This document shows, piece by piece, positions 1 to 9,659 of a DNA stretch of 64,000 nt. Position 1 is the first letter of the stretch. The number at the start of each line of letters is the position of its first letter. This stretch comes from an uncultured delta proteobacterium (GTDB lineage: Bacteria; Desulfobacterota; Binatia; UBA9968). Below the pieces are notes generated by a model that saw only the letters and a list, made by a program, of their open reading frames with translations, ran no database searches and was not told the origin of the DNA. The translations under genes were made by a program, and so were the position numbers. The stretch spans positions 32,001 to 96,000 of the forward strand of contig CAVUZH010000022.1 of NCBI GenBank assembly GCA_963745835.1, read 5' to 3'.

Positions 1-654
1 CGTTACCATTTTTTCCGTCAGAAATTTTTCCAAGCTCCCCGGATTTAGTAGAGCCTTGGTTTCCTGGTACAGCGAAGTTTTGTTCGCCGATCCGCCGCCC
101 TTGGTGACGAATAGGAACTGATACTCCATGCCGTCAGTGGCCATAAGATCGATTTGCGCCGGCAAATTGGTGCCGGTATCGACCTCGTCGTACATGTTTA
201 ACGGCGCGGTTTGGGAGTAACGCAGATTTTCTTCGGTGTAAGTTTTGTGGATTCCTTTGGCCAGGTATTCTTCGTCCTTAACACCGGTCCAAACCTGCTG
301 GCCTTTTTTACCGACGATCGTGGCCGTGCCGGTGTCCTGGCAAAACGGCAGAATCCCCTTTGCCGCCGTGTCGGCGTTGCGCAGCATCGCCAACGCTACA
401 TAGCGATCGTTGTCGGAGGCTGCTGGGTCCTTAAGGATAGCCGCAACCTTTTCAAGATGAGCGGTTCGCAACAAGAAAGACACATCGCGAATGGCGATGT
501 TCGAGAGATAAGTCAGCGCTTCGGGTGCAACCTTTAGAATCTCTTTGCCCTCGAACTGAGTGATAGAAACGTGTTCCTTGGTTAGCAAGCGATATTTGGT
601 CGTGTCTTTCTGTATCGGGAGCGGATCTTGGTAGACAAATTCAGGAGCAGCCAT
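1..654 (-). CDS. fumA: Class I (Fe-S) fumarate hydratase, N-terminal part (runs off the window start)
   Basis: Manual translation from ATG at 654 (RBS GAGGT upstream): [13 protein letters not shown]...[25 protein letters not shown]...[26 protein letters not shown]...[14 protein letters not shown] and KGGGSANK are class I fumarase motifs. Absent from the ORF track because it is truncated. Confidence 0.95.
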   Translation of the reverse strand, partial: MAAPEFVYQDPLPIQKDTTKYRLLTKEHVSITQFEGKEILKVAPEALTYLSNIAIRDVSFLLRTAHLEKVAAILKDPAASDNDRYVALAMLRNADTAAKGILPFCQDTGTATIVGKKGQQVWTGVKDEEYLAKGIHKTYTEENLRYSQTAPLNMYDEVDTGTNLPAQIDLMATDGMEYQFLFVTKGGGSANKTSLYQETKALLNPGSLEKFLTEKMVT

Positions 655-852
655 ATTCGTACCTCATTGTGAAATATTAGCGAAAAAGTACCTGCTTGTC
701 GACGTACCGCGATCGAGCGATTTCGGCTGTTTAGCAGTGATGGTTGCGTAAAATTCGCGCGCGAATTCGCAGTATTTACGCCGGCGACAAACAAGTTCTT
801 CTCGAGTCGAAGTGACAGCAAAAAACATTCGCGTTGCTTCGGTCATAGACCG

Positions 853-882
853 TTGACATATCAACGCCTGCTCGACTACTTT
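853..882 (+). promoter_or_regulatory. Putative sigma70 promoter for the 902 gene
   Basis: TTGACA (853-858), 18 nt, TACTTT (877-882); GGAGG before the ATG at 902. Confidence 0.4.
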
Positions 883-901
883 CTTTGATAATGGAGGGCG
901 C

Positions 902-1894
902 ATGAGAAGAGGATTCCTATCGCTTCTTTTTACTACGTTCTGTGTTGCGATCACGCAGCCTGCCTTGGCGCAAACGTATGAGCAGCTCATTGCCGGCGCT
1001 AAAAAGGAAGGCAGACTTATCCTCTATGCTTCGGCCACCGCGCCGCAGCTACAGATGTATTTTGCCGCATTCAATAAAAAGTATCCCTTTATCAAGACGG
1101 AATTCTTTCGCACCGGCAAACAAGCGCTGTTGAGTAAGGTCCTCCTCGAAGAGCAAGCCAAACAACGAATAGCCGACGTCATCCACACCAGCGTCATCGA
1201 AACCAGTATCATGAAAAAGCGCGGGGCACTGAGCAAGTATGTTCCGCTCGAGGCCGCCGCTTACCCGGCGCAGTACAAGGATCCGGAAGGCCTTTGGACA
1301 TCTGCCTACGCCAGCGGTACCCTTCTCGGATTTAATTCCCGCCAAGTTAAACGGCCCGAGGCGCCCAAGAACTACGAAGATCTACTGAATCCGCGCTGGA
1401 AAGGCGCCATCGCCATCGATTCCAACAAGATCGAGTGGTTCGCCATGCTGTTAAAGCTCAAAGGCCAAGCCTTCATGGAGAAACTTGCCGCCCAGCAGCC
1501 CACCGTCCGCTCCGGCAACACCTTGGTCTTGCAGCTATTGGCTGCGGGCGAGTTTCCAATTTCTGCCGGCGTGTACGAATATTCGGTGGAGGACCTGAAG
1601 ACCAGAGGAGCGCCGGTGGATTGGATCGGCTTGGAACCGGTCATCACTTATACGGTTGCCGTCTCGCTTCCGTCGCAACCTCCTCATCCGCATTCCGCGA
1701 AACTTTTTACCGAATGGCTGTTGTCAAAGGAAGGCCAAGAGGTCGTCAACCAGTATGGCCGGGTGCCGATTCGCGATGACGTGGACTCTAAGTACGGCAA
1801 GATTCTCAAACAACACAAACTGCTGATGACCGACGTCGATCTAGGCCAGAAAGAAGCCGAAGTCAACGCCACATTTCGAAAACTATTCCAGTGA
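902..1894 (+). CDS. ABC transporter substrate-binding protein (Fe3+/thiamine/extracellular solute-binding type)
   Basis: Signal peptide; AKKEG..ILY, PKNYEDLLNPRWKG and PHPHSAKLFTEWLLSKEGQ motifs. Confidence 0.9.
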   Translation: MRRGFLSLLFTTFCVAITQPALAQTYEQLIAGAKKEGRLILYASATAPQLQMYFAAFNKKYPFIKTEFFRTGKQALLSKVLLEEQAKQRIADVIHTSVIETSIMKKRGALSKYVPLEAAAYPAQYKDPEGLWTSAYASGTLLGFNSRQVKRPEAPKNYEDLLNPRWKGAIAIDSNKIEWFAMLLKLKGQAFMEKLAAQQPTVRSGNTLVLQLLAAGEFPISAGVYEYSVEDLKTRGAPVDWIGLEPVITYTVAVSLPSQPPHPHSAKLFTEWLLSKEGQEVVNQYGRVPIRDDVDSKYGKILKQHKLLMTDVDLGQKEAEVNATFRKLFQ

Positions 1895-1906
1895 GAACCG
1901 ATTGAA

Positions 1907-2123
1907 TTAACCTAATCCGACAATCTTTGACCTTGTCAGCAGCGAGCGAGGATGGCGAGACCGGAGCCGTGGGCAGTCGAGTACGCAGTTGGCTCTAAGG
2001 CCCCGACGTACCAAACATCACCTTTAGGGGAATGCGGGGTGGCCTTTAAGGCACTGTCCGATTGCCCACGGCTATAGGGCTCGCTGGCCTCGCGGGATTC
2101 GAATAATGTCGGATTAGGGTTAA
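1907..2123. repeat. ~215-bp rod-like inverted-repeat element (MITE-like or structured RNA) flanked by TTAA
   Basis: CCTAATCCGACA (1911-1922) / TGTCGGATTAGG terminal IR; inner arms AGCCGTGGGCAGTCG / CGATTGCCCACGGCT; TTAA at 1907-1910 and 2120-2123. Confidence 0.7.
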
Positions 2124-2167
2124 CTCTCAGTCGATAAACTTTCGCCGATTCAAAAAAGAAACTTTTT

Positions 2168-4510
2168 ATCGCTACTCAACATTTACACACCTACTGCTCG
2201 ATGTGCACTTCGCGTTGCGGCGTTGTCGCAACTGTCGAGGATGGGGTGTTGACGCAAGTCAATGCCGACCCTGAGCACCCCAATGGTTGTATCTGCGTCA
2301 AGGGCGCGGCCGCACCGGAAATCGTTTACTCGCCGGACCGGCTACGTTATCCAATGGTACGAACCAGACCCAAGGGCGATCCTGATCCCGGTTGGACTCG
2401 CATCACCTGGGACCAGGCGCTCAATCTCGCCGCGCTGCGACTCAATGATATAAAAGATAATTTCGGCGCCGAAGCCGTCGTCTTTTCCCGCGCGACTACC
2501 GCCGGCAGCGCTTCCATTGACTTCGACGGCTGGCTGCAAAGGCTGGCCAATGCATTTGGCAGTCCCAACCTGCTCACTTCCAATCATATCTGCACTTGGA
2601 ACCGACGGGTCGGATCGAAGTACACTTTTGGCGTAGGCATGCCGCTGCCGGACCTTGACCATACGGAATGCATGTTGATCTGGGGCATCAATCCGCCCGC
2701 CACTTCACCGGCGCAAGCGCTGCGCATCAACCGGGCGCGCCGGCGGGGCGCGAAACTGATCGTCATCGATCCGCGCAAGACTACGATGGCTGCAAAAGCC
2801 GATTGTTGGTTGCGGGTTCATCCTGGAACTGACGGCGAGCTCGCGATGGCGATGATCCACGTTCTCCTTGAAGAAAAACTTTTTGACGAGGAGTTTACCC
2901 GTCGTTGGACCAACGGATCATTGCTGGTTCGCTGCGATAATAATCAACTTCTCACGCAACGTGATCTGCAGATTACTGGAGATTCGAACACCTACATGGT
3001 TTGGAACGAACAAGAAAACGCGCCCAGAGCAATGGGAGACAATACTGCCGCGGCGCTTTTTGGCAGTTTCACTGTGGATCTCAGCGATGGAACAGCCCTC
3101 AAGTGTCAAACCGCGCTGCAAATGCTCGCAAACAAAGCCGCCGCACACGCACCCGAACAATCGGCAAGCATTACGACAGTTCCTCCTAGCCACGTCAGAA
3201 GGGCGGTGCGCCTGTTCGCGACGGAAAAACCGTCCAGCTACTGCACATGGGTCGGGCTCGAACAAGACTGCGACGCCATGCAAACCAACCGCGCTGTCTG
3301 CTCTTTTTACGCGCTAACCGGCCAATTCGACGAGCGCGGCAGCAACGTTCTCTTCGCCACCACACCGACCAATCCGATCAACGGCCGCGAGCTATTGCCG
3401 AAAGCGCAAGCGGATCGCCGGCTAGGAATCGCACAGCATCCGCTCGGTCCGCCCGCCGACCCGGGACTCGTCCAGGCTGCGGCAGTCTACCGGAGCATTC
3501 TCACTGAGCACCCGTATCCGATCAAGGCCCTGGTGTTATTCGGCAGCGATCCGCTGCTCGGACACGGCGATCCGCTCCACGGCAAGGCCGCACTGGAAGC
3601 GGTTGATTTCTACATCCACGTGGACATTACGCTTAATCCCAGCGCGGCATTCGCAGATTTGTTGCTGCCCGCGACAACGTGTTGGGAGAACGAAGCCTTG
3701 ATGCCGTCTTTCGAAATCGCCGAAGACACGCTCAATTGGGCGCAGCTCCGGCCGGCGGCGGCAAAACCCGTGGGCGAGTCACGCTCGGATATGGAAATTA
3801 TTTTCGATCTAGCCCAGAGGCTCGGTTTGGCGCACCAGTTCTTCAACGGCGAGATCGAAGCAGCTCTCAAGCATCAACTGGCTCCGGCGGAAATTTCCAC
3901 GCCGGAACTGCGACAAAATCGAATTGGAGTTCGAGCCAACGTCAGCACCAGGCACCGCAAGTATGCTGAGACTGATCCACGCACCGGCGAAGCAAGAGGT
4001 TTCGAAACCGCCACGCGAAAGCTTGAAATTTATTCGACTGCGTTCGCCAAAGCCGGCTACCCGCCGCTACCGGTGTTCGAAACCCGAGTTGACGACACAG
4101 ATTGGCGCTATCCGCTCACTTTGACGTTTTACCGGCTCGTGCAATTCTGCGACGAGCAACACCGCAACATTCCGCGCCTGCGGCGAGCGTTTCCCGAGCC
4201 GTTCGTCGAGCTTCATCCGAACACGGCTAAAACTGAAGGCATCGAAGACGGTGAATGGATTTTGCTGGAAACCGCGAACGGGAAGGTAAAGCTAAAGGCG
4301 AAATTCAACGAGTCGTTGCATCCGGCGGTCGTGACCACCGTGTACGGGTGGTGGCAAGCCTGCCAACTATCCAAGCTCAGCGGTTATGACCCTTTCAGTC
4401 AAAAGGGCGCTAACGCCAACCTGCTTATTGCCAACTCGGATGTGGATCCGATCAGCGCATCGGTTGCGCATCGCTCGCAGAGATGTCGCATCGGAAAAGT
4501 ATCTGATTAG
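2168..4510 (+). CDS. Molybdopterin (bis-MGD, DMSO reductase family) oxidoreductase with an N-terminal [4Fe-4S] motif
   Basis: HTYCSMCTSRCG...ICVKG, DRLRYPM, WGINP, VIDPRKT, ADLLLPAT, C-terminal PFVELHP dinucleotide-binding domain. The track start (ATG 2201) cuts off the first Cys; in-frame ATC at 2168 is proposed as the start. Confidence 0.85.
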   Translation: MATQHLHTYCSMCTSRCGVVATVEDGVLTQVNADPEHPNGCICVKGAAAPEIVYSPDRLRYPMVRTRPKGDPDPGWTRITWDQALNLAALRLNDIKDNFGAEAVVFSRATTAGSASIDFDGWLQRLANAFGSPNLLTSNHICTWNRRVGSKYTFGVGMPLPDLDHTECMLIWGINPPATSPAQALRINRARRRGAKLIVIDPRKTTMAAKADCWLRVHPGTDGELAMAMIHVLLEEKLFDEEFTRRWTNGSLLVRCDNNQLLTQRDLQITGDSNTYMVWNEQENAPRAMGDNTAAALFGSFTVDLSDGTALKCQTALQMLANKAAAHAPEQSASITTVPPSHVRRAVRLFATEKPSSYCTWVGLEQDCDAMQTNRAVCSFYALTGQFDERGSNVLFATTPTNPINGRELLPKAQADRRLGIAQHPLGPPADPGLVQAAAVYRSILTEHPYPIKALVLFGSDPLLGHGDPLHGKAALEAVDFYIHVDITLNPSAAFADLLLPATTCWENEALMPSFEIAEDTLNWAQLRPAAAKPVGESRSDMEIIFDLAQRLGLAHQFFNGEIEAALKHQLAPAEISTPELRQNRIGVRANVSTRHRKYAETDPRTGEARGFETATRKLEIYSTAFAKAGYPPLPVFETRVDDTDWRYPLTLTFYRLVQFCDEQHRNIPRLRRAFPEPFVELHPNTAKTEGIEDGEWILLETANGKVKLKAKFNESLHPAVVTTVYGWWQACQLSKLSGYDPFSQKGANANLLIANSDVDPISASVAHRSQRCRIGKVSD

Positions 4511-4585
4511 CGGCTGTTTCAAACTGGAAGAATACAAAGTAAAGAGTGCGGTACTCCTTTAACTCAGGTCAGTCTTAACCATTCG

Positions 4586-5554
4586 TCAATTCAGCGGCAT
4601 AAACAGTTCGTCCAACCTCATTTTCTTTGTCATCAATCCTTGATCGAGCGAATAGCCAACGAAGCGTTCCAGGTTGGCGCGGTTCTTTTCGAGACCGTAG
4701 GGCCAGGGATCGTCTCCCAAAAGTTTTTGTTCTTCTTCAAATGCCTGACGTCCCCAGGCCAGCCAGGACCAGTTAGGGTCGGCGTAGAATTCACGGCAGA
4801 TCCTCTTTGCTTGTTCGAATGTATCGAAAACGCTGCGCGCCGCTTCAGGATGATTTTTCAACACCTCGTCCTTGAACGCCACCACATGCATGATCGGGAA
4901 AAATCCGTTTTTGCCAAAATATCTGAGATCCTCGGCTTTCGGATCGGCAAACAGGCGGCGGATCTTTTTCGAGCCGCGCAGCACCGGCTTGGGCGGATGC
5001 GGTGTCATCATCGCGCTGATCTCGCCTGATTCGAGCATGGCGCCGATATCGGCGCTATCCGGCAATCGATCGATCTTAACGCCCTTTTCCGGCTCAAACT
5101 CTATGTTGTCCTTCTTGCTGAGCACCCAGTGAATTTCCCGCCATGGAACATTGAATTCGCTTTGCAAGTCGCCTTTGGAAAGTGTCGCCAGAGTATTCTG
5201 GAAGCTATGCAAGCCAACTCGCTTGCCGATCAGATCATGCGGCGACTGAACCGCGGCATCCACGTTTACCCACATTTGTGAAAGACTGAACAACCGGCGC
5301 GGGAACACGGGAATCGCGGTAAACGGCATACCGCGGCTCTTGGCCATTAGATAAGAGGATAGCGATAGCTCTGCCACATCGAACTCAGAATGCTGCAACA
5401 TCCGTTCATGGCGATCTTCGCCGTCCCGCTGTCGATCGGATTGACCCACGATAAAGATGTTGAGATCGATCTCGTCAGGCTGCGCCGTGCCGTCGAAGAA
5501 CGGCACATGCCGGTCGTAATGGGATAGCGCGATGGATAATCTAGGCTTTGCCAT
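4586..5554 (-). CDS. 4,5-dihydroxyphthalate decarboxylase-like protein (periplasmic-binding-protein fold)
   Basis: YDRHVPFFDG, FDVAELSLSSY, AIPVFPRRLF, FPIMHVVA, DPWPYGLEKNR motifs. Confidence 0.8.
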   Translation of the reverse strand: MAKPRLSIALSHYDRHVPFFDGTAQPDEIDLNIFIVGQSDRQRDGEDRHERMLQHSEFDVAELSLSSYLMAKSRGMPFTAIPVFPRRLFSLSQMWVNVDAAVQSPHDLIGKRVGLHSFQNTLATLSKGDLQSEFNVPWREIHWVLSKKDNIEFEPEKGVKIDRLPDSADIGAMLESGEISAMMTPHPPKPVLRGSKKIRRLFADPKAEDLRYFGKNGFFPIMHVVAFKDEVLKNHPEAARSVFDTFEQAKRICREFYADPNWSWLAWGRQAFEEEQKLLGDDPWPYGLEKNRANLERFVGYSLDQGLMTKKMRLDELFMPLN

Positions 5555-5640
5555 GAGCTTCTCCTTGAGACGCGTTCATTCGCTGAGCATCTAAACAGTC
5601 AAAAGTTGCCGCAGATAAATGAATGCCGAACAATCAAACA

Positions 5641-6969
5641 TCAGTCGACAGTTAGCAGCCGGGCCAATTCACGCGCGCTGCCGAAAGATTCCAAGCGACG
5701 GCTTGCTTCAATGATCTGATCCGACTTCTCCTTGCCCAGTACGGGCTCCAGCAACCAGGCGGCTTTCCTCTCCACCTCTTCAGGATTCATCGGATTTTCC
5801 GGGCGACCACGGCAATTGCTCACGTGCTCGCGGAGGGTCTGTCCATTCTTTAGACTAACCTCGACCAAGCCCTGGAAGCGGGCGCCCGTTCGCTCCAGCT
5901 CCTGGTCCGGAATCAATTCTACCCTCTGTTTCATCTCTTGGACCCGGGGATCGTGAAAACGATTGTAATCATGCGCTGATTCGAAAGTGAGTTTACCGTC
6001 TATCAAGATGGTCGAAACCATGTACTGCACATTCACGTCAGGCATATTTCGGTTGTTGACCGTGCGCGCGCCGCTCGCAGGTATGCGCACGACAACTCTC
6101 TCCACGTCTTGCGGTTGAACTGGCTGCTTGGCGAGCATTGCCAACGTCGCATCGACGGTTTCCATCATCGGTGAACCCACCGGATATTTTTTGACCAGGC
6201 AGCTGGTGATCGTGAATCTTTGCCCGAGTTCACTCAATAGTTTACTCGGGTCACATGGCGCATATGTCTTGATGATGTTCTGGTCTCCTTCAAGGACGTC
6301 ACGATTGCCGGTGAACCCTGACTGGACGAGCAGCGCAGCGGTTACGCCGTTGCGCGCCGGCATGCCCGCATAGTCGAATGCCTTCTCGATGTGATCGTCA
6401 TCGCCAACCCAAGCGCGGGAACCCGAAGCTTGCTGGGCGGCGTATGAAACCAAGTAACAAAGTTGCAAGTGATCGAGTTCGGCCAGGGCTCCGGCCGCGG
6501 CGGAGGCGCCGAACGTCGCGCCGAAACTGGTGGAGCGAGGCTCGAATGCCTGATGAAAGCGGAACCCGATATCGTATCCCAAAATGACGGCGCGCAGGAA
6601 AGCATCGCCGTTACGCTGCTGCGACTCGGCGATGGCGAATGCGGCGGGCACGATGGCGCAGCCCGGGTGGAGCTGGCTGTTCGAATCGTCCGTTTCATCC
6701 GCATGTCCCGACATTCCGTTGGAAAACGCGGCAACGATCGGCGTGGTTTTAAAATTGGACCCTATAACGCTGCAAGTTTCTTTGCCTCCTTGTTGCCGCG
6801 CGTGCTGTAGGCCTAGCTGTCCGGGCTTCAGGCGCGAGCCCGAGACGACAGCGGCAAACGAATCGAGAATATGGCTTTTGCCTTTTTGGATGACCTCCGC
6901 TGGCAGCGGCACCTGTCGCGCAGCCAACATATACTCGACGAGTGAGTCTATAATTTTTTTCGATGGCAT
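5641..6969 (-). CDS. MmgE/PrpD family protein
   Basis: AFSNGMSGHADETDD, HPGCAIVPAA, KKYPVG, RGRPENPM motifs. Confidence 0.9.
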   Translation of the reverse strand: MPSKKIIDSLVEYMLAARQVPLPAEVIQKGKSHILDSFAAVVSGSRLKPGQLGLQHARQQGGKETCSVIGSNFKTTPIVAAFSNGMSGHADETDDSNSQLHPGCAIVPAAFAIAESQQRNGDAFLRAVILGYDIGFRFHQAFEPRSTSFGATFGASAAAGALAELDHLQLCYLVSYAAQQASGSRAWVGDDDHIEKAFDYAGMPARNGVTAALLVQSGFTGNRDVLEGDQNIIKTYAPCDPSKLLSELGQRFTITSCLVKKYPVGSPMMETVDATLAMLAKQPVQPQDVERVVVRIPASGARTVNNRNMPDVNVQYMVSTILIDGKLTFESAHDYNRFHDPRVQEMKQRVELIPDQELERTGARFQGLVEVSLKNGQTLREHVSNCRGRPENPMNPEEVERKAAWLLEPVLGKEKSDQIIEASRRLESFGSARELARLLTVD

Positions 6970-7040
6970 GCCCCCTCCGTTAATCCCTAATCATTGTCCG
7001 TTGCATCTTCTTCTTCTGGTTTGGTGTGAAGAAAAGTCTC

Positions 7041-7118
7041 CCACAGAGGCACCGAGGTGCAGAGTTCGGAGTAAGCTTATCATACCCTTTCTCCGCACCC
7101 GCCGCGCCCTCTGCGGTG
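7041..7118. repeat. REP-like imperfect inverted repeat (CACCGCAGAG-type)
   Basis: CCACAGAGGCACCGAGGTGCAGAG ... CTCCGCACCCGCCGCGCCCTCTGCGGTG; a related half-site CACCGTAGAGCGCAG lies near 8899. Confidence 0.5.
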
Positions 7119-7191
7119 CCATATCCACCCCTAATTCACAAGGAAGCGTGAAGAACCAGTTACTTTGTCACTCTCAAACAGGTTTGAGTCG

Positions 7192-7258
7192 ATCGTATGG
7201 TTACTCGTAAACGGCTGTCAAGAACAAGTTGACACTATTTGATCAGATGCGTTATAGC
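7192..7258. promoter_or_regulatory. Back-to-back divergent sigma70 promoters (MmgE/PrpD leftward, SBP rightward)
   Basis: Minus strand TTGACA (7216-7221), 18 nt, TACGAT (7192-7197); plus strand TTGACA (7229-7234), 18 nt, TATAGC (weak -10). Confidence 0.5.
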
Positions 7259-7332
7259 CGTGATTTAGTTTCCTCTATCCGCTCGGCAGATCTTTTAACT
7301 GAAGGCGTTGCGCCTCAACAAAGGAGATTTCT

Positions 7333-8880
7333 GTGAGCATGAAAAATAAAACTTGGAGCCGGAGGGAATTCATCCAAAAGTCGGCCGCCGCCGGGGCAGT
7401 CCTCTCCTTCTCACGCTTTCATGCCGTATCACCCAGAGTCGAAGCCCAGTCCCTGAACAAGAACCGAGTCACCGTCGCTCACGGGGTCGGCGTCTATTCC
7501 ATGAACCCGTACGCGGTAACCACCTCACCTATTCAGGGAGTTTGGGGATCCGTGATGGAAACGCTGATTGACTTCGATTATGACAAACGTGAATACCGGG
7601 GCATCCTGGCTGAATCCTGGACCGTCAAAGGCAACAAGCTGCATTTCACCGTCCGCAAAGGCGTTCGTTTTCACGACGGAACTCCATTCAGCGGCAAGGA
7701 CGTCATCGCTTCGTTAAAGCGAATGATCACCGACAAGCAGAGCCTGGTGGCGCCAAGCTTACAGAACATTAAGGAAATGGAGTTACCGGATGATTTCAAT
7801 TTTGTCCTGACACTCAAGAAAGCCGACGCCACGGCTCTGGAAGATCTGAACAACCGCGTGATTATGAAGCAGCAGGTGGCTGAGAAGATGGGAGAGGCAG
7901 ACAGTCCGCCAATCGGGACCGGCCCATTTAAATTTGTCAGTTGGGAGCGTTCCGGCAATTTCGTCATGCGCCGCCATGAAAATTACTGGGGACCGCCTGC
8001 AAGAATCGAGGAGATTCTTTATAAAGTTATTAAAGAAGATGCGGCCCGCATTGCAGCACTGGAATCCGGCCAAGCGGATCTGGTCAGCAATATACCGCCT
8101 CATGAGGTAGCCCGGCTCAAGTCTAATCCTCGCCTCCAGGTGCAACCGGTGCAGGGCCTGCGTCCTATCTTCCTGGTATTGAGTCCGGCTTACAAACCGC
8201 TGGATAACCCGAAGGTCCGTCGCGCGATCACACAGGCGATCGACCGAGAGGGATTGATCAAACACATCTTGGAGGGAAACGCTTATCCGTTGAGCGGCCT
8301 GCTCAGTCCGCAGGTATTTGGCTATGATCCCGGAGCGAAAGCTTATCCATACGATCCCGAGAAGGCAAAGCAACTTTTGAAAGAAGCCGGCTTTGGCAGT
8401 GGGTTCGAGCTCGAGTACTACAGTCCTACGGGAAGATATCCCAAGGACTTGGAGATCGCGCAAGTGATTGTCGAGCAGCTTTCTAGAGTCGGCATCAAAG
8501 CGATTCTCAAAACACCGGAATGGAGCATCTTCAACACCGATTATAAAAACGGCAAATATCCCATGTACCTGACCGGCCGCGGCAGTCTCACCGATGCCAA
8601 TGCGCTATTTCATCAGTATTTCAGGACCGGTGTGACCAAGCGTGTGCTGGGATACAGCAACCCCAAACTGGACGAGATTCTCGATACGGAGCAACAAACC
8701 TTTGATGTGAAGAAGCGAGAAAGGCTGCTCGGGGATGCTCATCGGATCATTCTAGAAGACGCCTCGGCAATCCCGCTGTGGAATAGCATGGATATCTATG
8801 CTCACCGCGCCGATCTCGTTTGGACCCCGCCTCCAGATGAGAAGGTCCAACTAAAGGACGCATCATACAAATCGAAATAG
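7333..8880 (+). CDS. ABC transporter substrate-binding protein family 5 (peptide/nickel), Tat-exported
   Basis: SRREFI twin-arginine signal; RKGVRFHDGTPF, PIGTGPFKF, VRRAITQAIDR, YDPEKAKQLL. Confidence 0.92.
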   Translation: MSMKNKTWSRREFIQKSAAAGAVLSFSRFHAVSPRVEAQSLNKNRVTVAHGVGVYSMNPYAVTTSPIQGVWGSVMETLIDFDYDKREYRGILAESWTVKGNKLHFTVRKGVRFHDGTPFSGKDVIASLKRMITDKQSLVAPSLQNIKEMELPDDFNFVLTLKKADATALEDLNNRVIMKQQVAEKMGEADSPPIGTGPFKFVSWERSGNFVMRRHENYWGPPARIEEILYKVIKEDAARIAALESGQADLVSNIPPHEVARLKSNPRLQVQPVQGLRPIFLVLSPAYKPLDNPKVRRAITQAIDREGLIKHILEGNAYPLSGLLSPQVFGYDPGAKAYPYDPEKAKQLLKEAGFGSGFELEYYSPTGRYPKDLEIAQVIVEQLSRVGIKAILKTPEWSIFNTDYKNGKYPMYLTGRGSLTDANALFHQYFRTGVTKRVLGYSNPKLDEILDTEQQTFDVKKRERLLGDAHRIILEDASAIPLWNSMDIYAHRADLVWTPPPDEKVQLKDASYKSK

Positions 8881-8948
8881 ATCGTCGCGCCGAGGATACA
8901 CCGTAGAGCGCAGTGAAGATGAAAGGATATGAAAATTCGGTGAGAGAA

Positions 8949-8983
8949 AACCAGGGGGTGTCCCGGCCCGGCACCCCTTGGTT
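8949..8983. terminator. Hairpin between convergent genes (likely intrinsic terminator)
   Basis: AACCAGGGGGTG...CACCCCTTGGTT stem with an A-run on the left (U-tail for the minus-strand RRM gene). Confidence 0.65.
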
Positions 8984-8999
8984 CGTGATGACTTAGAAC

Positions 9000-9338
9000 T
9001 TACCAGCGATTCCGACCGCCGCCGCCACCGCGTCGCTCGCCACCCCCACCACCACCGCCGCCACCACCGAAGCCACCGCCGGATCGTCTTTCCTGGGGAC
9101 GCGCTTCGTTGACCGTCAGAGTCCGGCCACCAAGATCGCTGCCGTTAAGCGCTTGGATCGCCTTCTGAGCTTCTTCTGAGGAACTCATCTCGACAAATCC
9201 GAACCCGCGCGAACGGCCGCTGAACTTGTCGGTGATCACGCGAGCCGATTCAACAGCTCCATGGGCGGAAAAGATTTCCTGCAACTGATCGTCGGTCGTA
9301 GAGTATGGCAATCCACCGACATAGATCTTACTGCTCAT
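9000..9338 (-). CDS. RRM (RNP-1) RNA-binding protein with Gly-rich tail
   Basis: KIYVGGLPY (RNP2), RSRGFGFVEM (RNP1), LTVNEARP, poly-Gly tail. Confidence 0.95.
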   Translation of the reverse strand: MSSKIYVGGLPYSTTDDQLQEIFSAHGAVESARVITDKFSGRSRGFGFVEMSSSEEAQKAIQALNGSDLGGRTLTVNEARPQERRSGGGFGGGGGGGGGGERRGGGGGRNRW

Positions 9339-9521
9339 GTTCTCCTCCTCTGGAAAACGTTGTTGCTGTCTTTGACCCTGAGAACCTGATCAACGCAGGA
9401 ATCAGAACATGAAAAGAAAAACACGCTCTGGCCGGATTGTCCGCGAGGTAAGAATCGCAAGGAAAGACTGACCAAGCCTTCAACTCTCTGCTATATGTCA
9501 CTACAGAAGGCTCCATACTGA

Positions 9522-9550
9522 AGTGTATATTTAGCCTACTGGGTTTCCAA
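9522..9550 (-). promoter_or_regulatory. Putative promoter for the RRM gene, implying a ~175-nt 5' leader
   Basis: TTGGAA, 17 nt, TACACT on the minus strand. Confidence 0.45.
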
Positions 9551-9659
9551 ATCCAAAACAAGAGGATTTTTTTACCGGTTAAGTTGCGCCAAAGATACTT
9601 TTTGTATTAAGTGGACGGCTGGGCAATTCTCAAGAATATCCGACTTAAAGGAGGACACT

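Noticed and set aside
686-875. Possible further degenerate MITE copy upstream of the first SBP
   Set aside because: Only scattered short matches (CGCGCGCG, TCAACGCCTG); cannot be aligned colinearly by eye.
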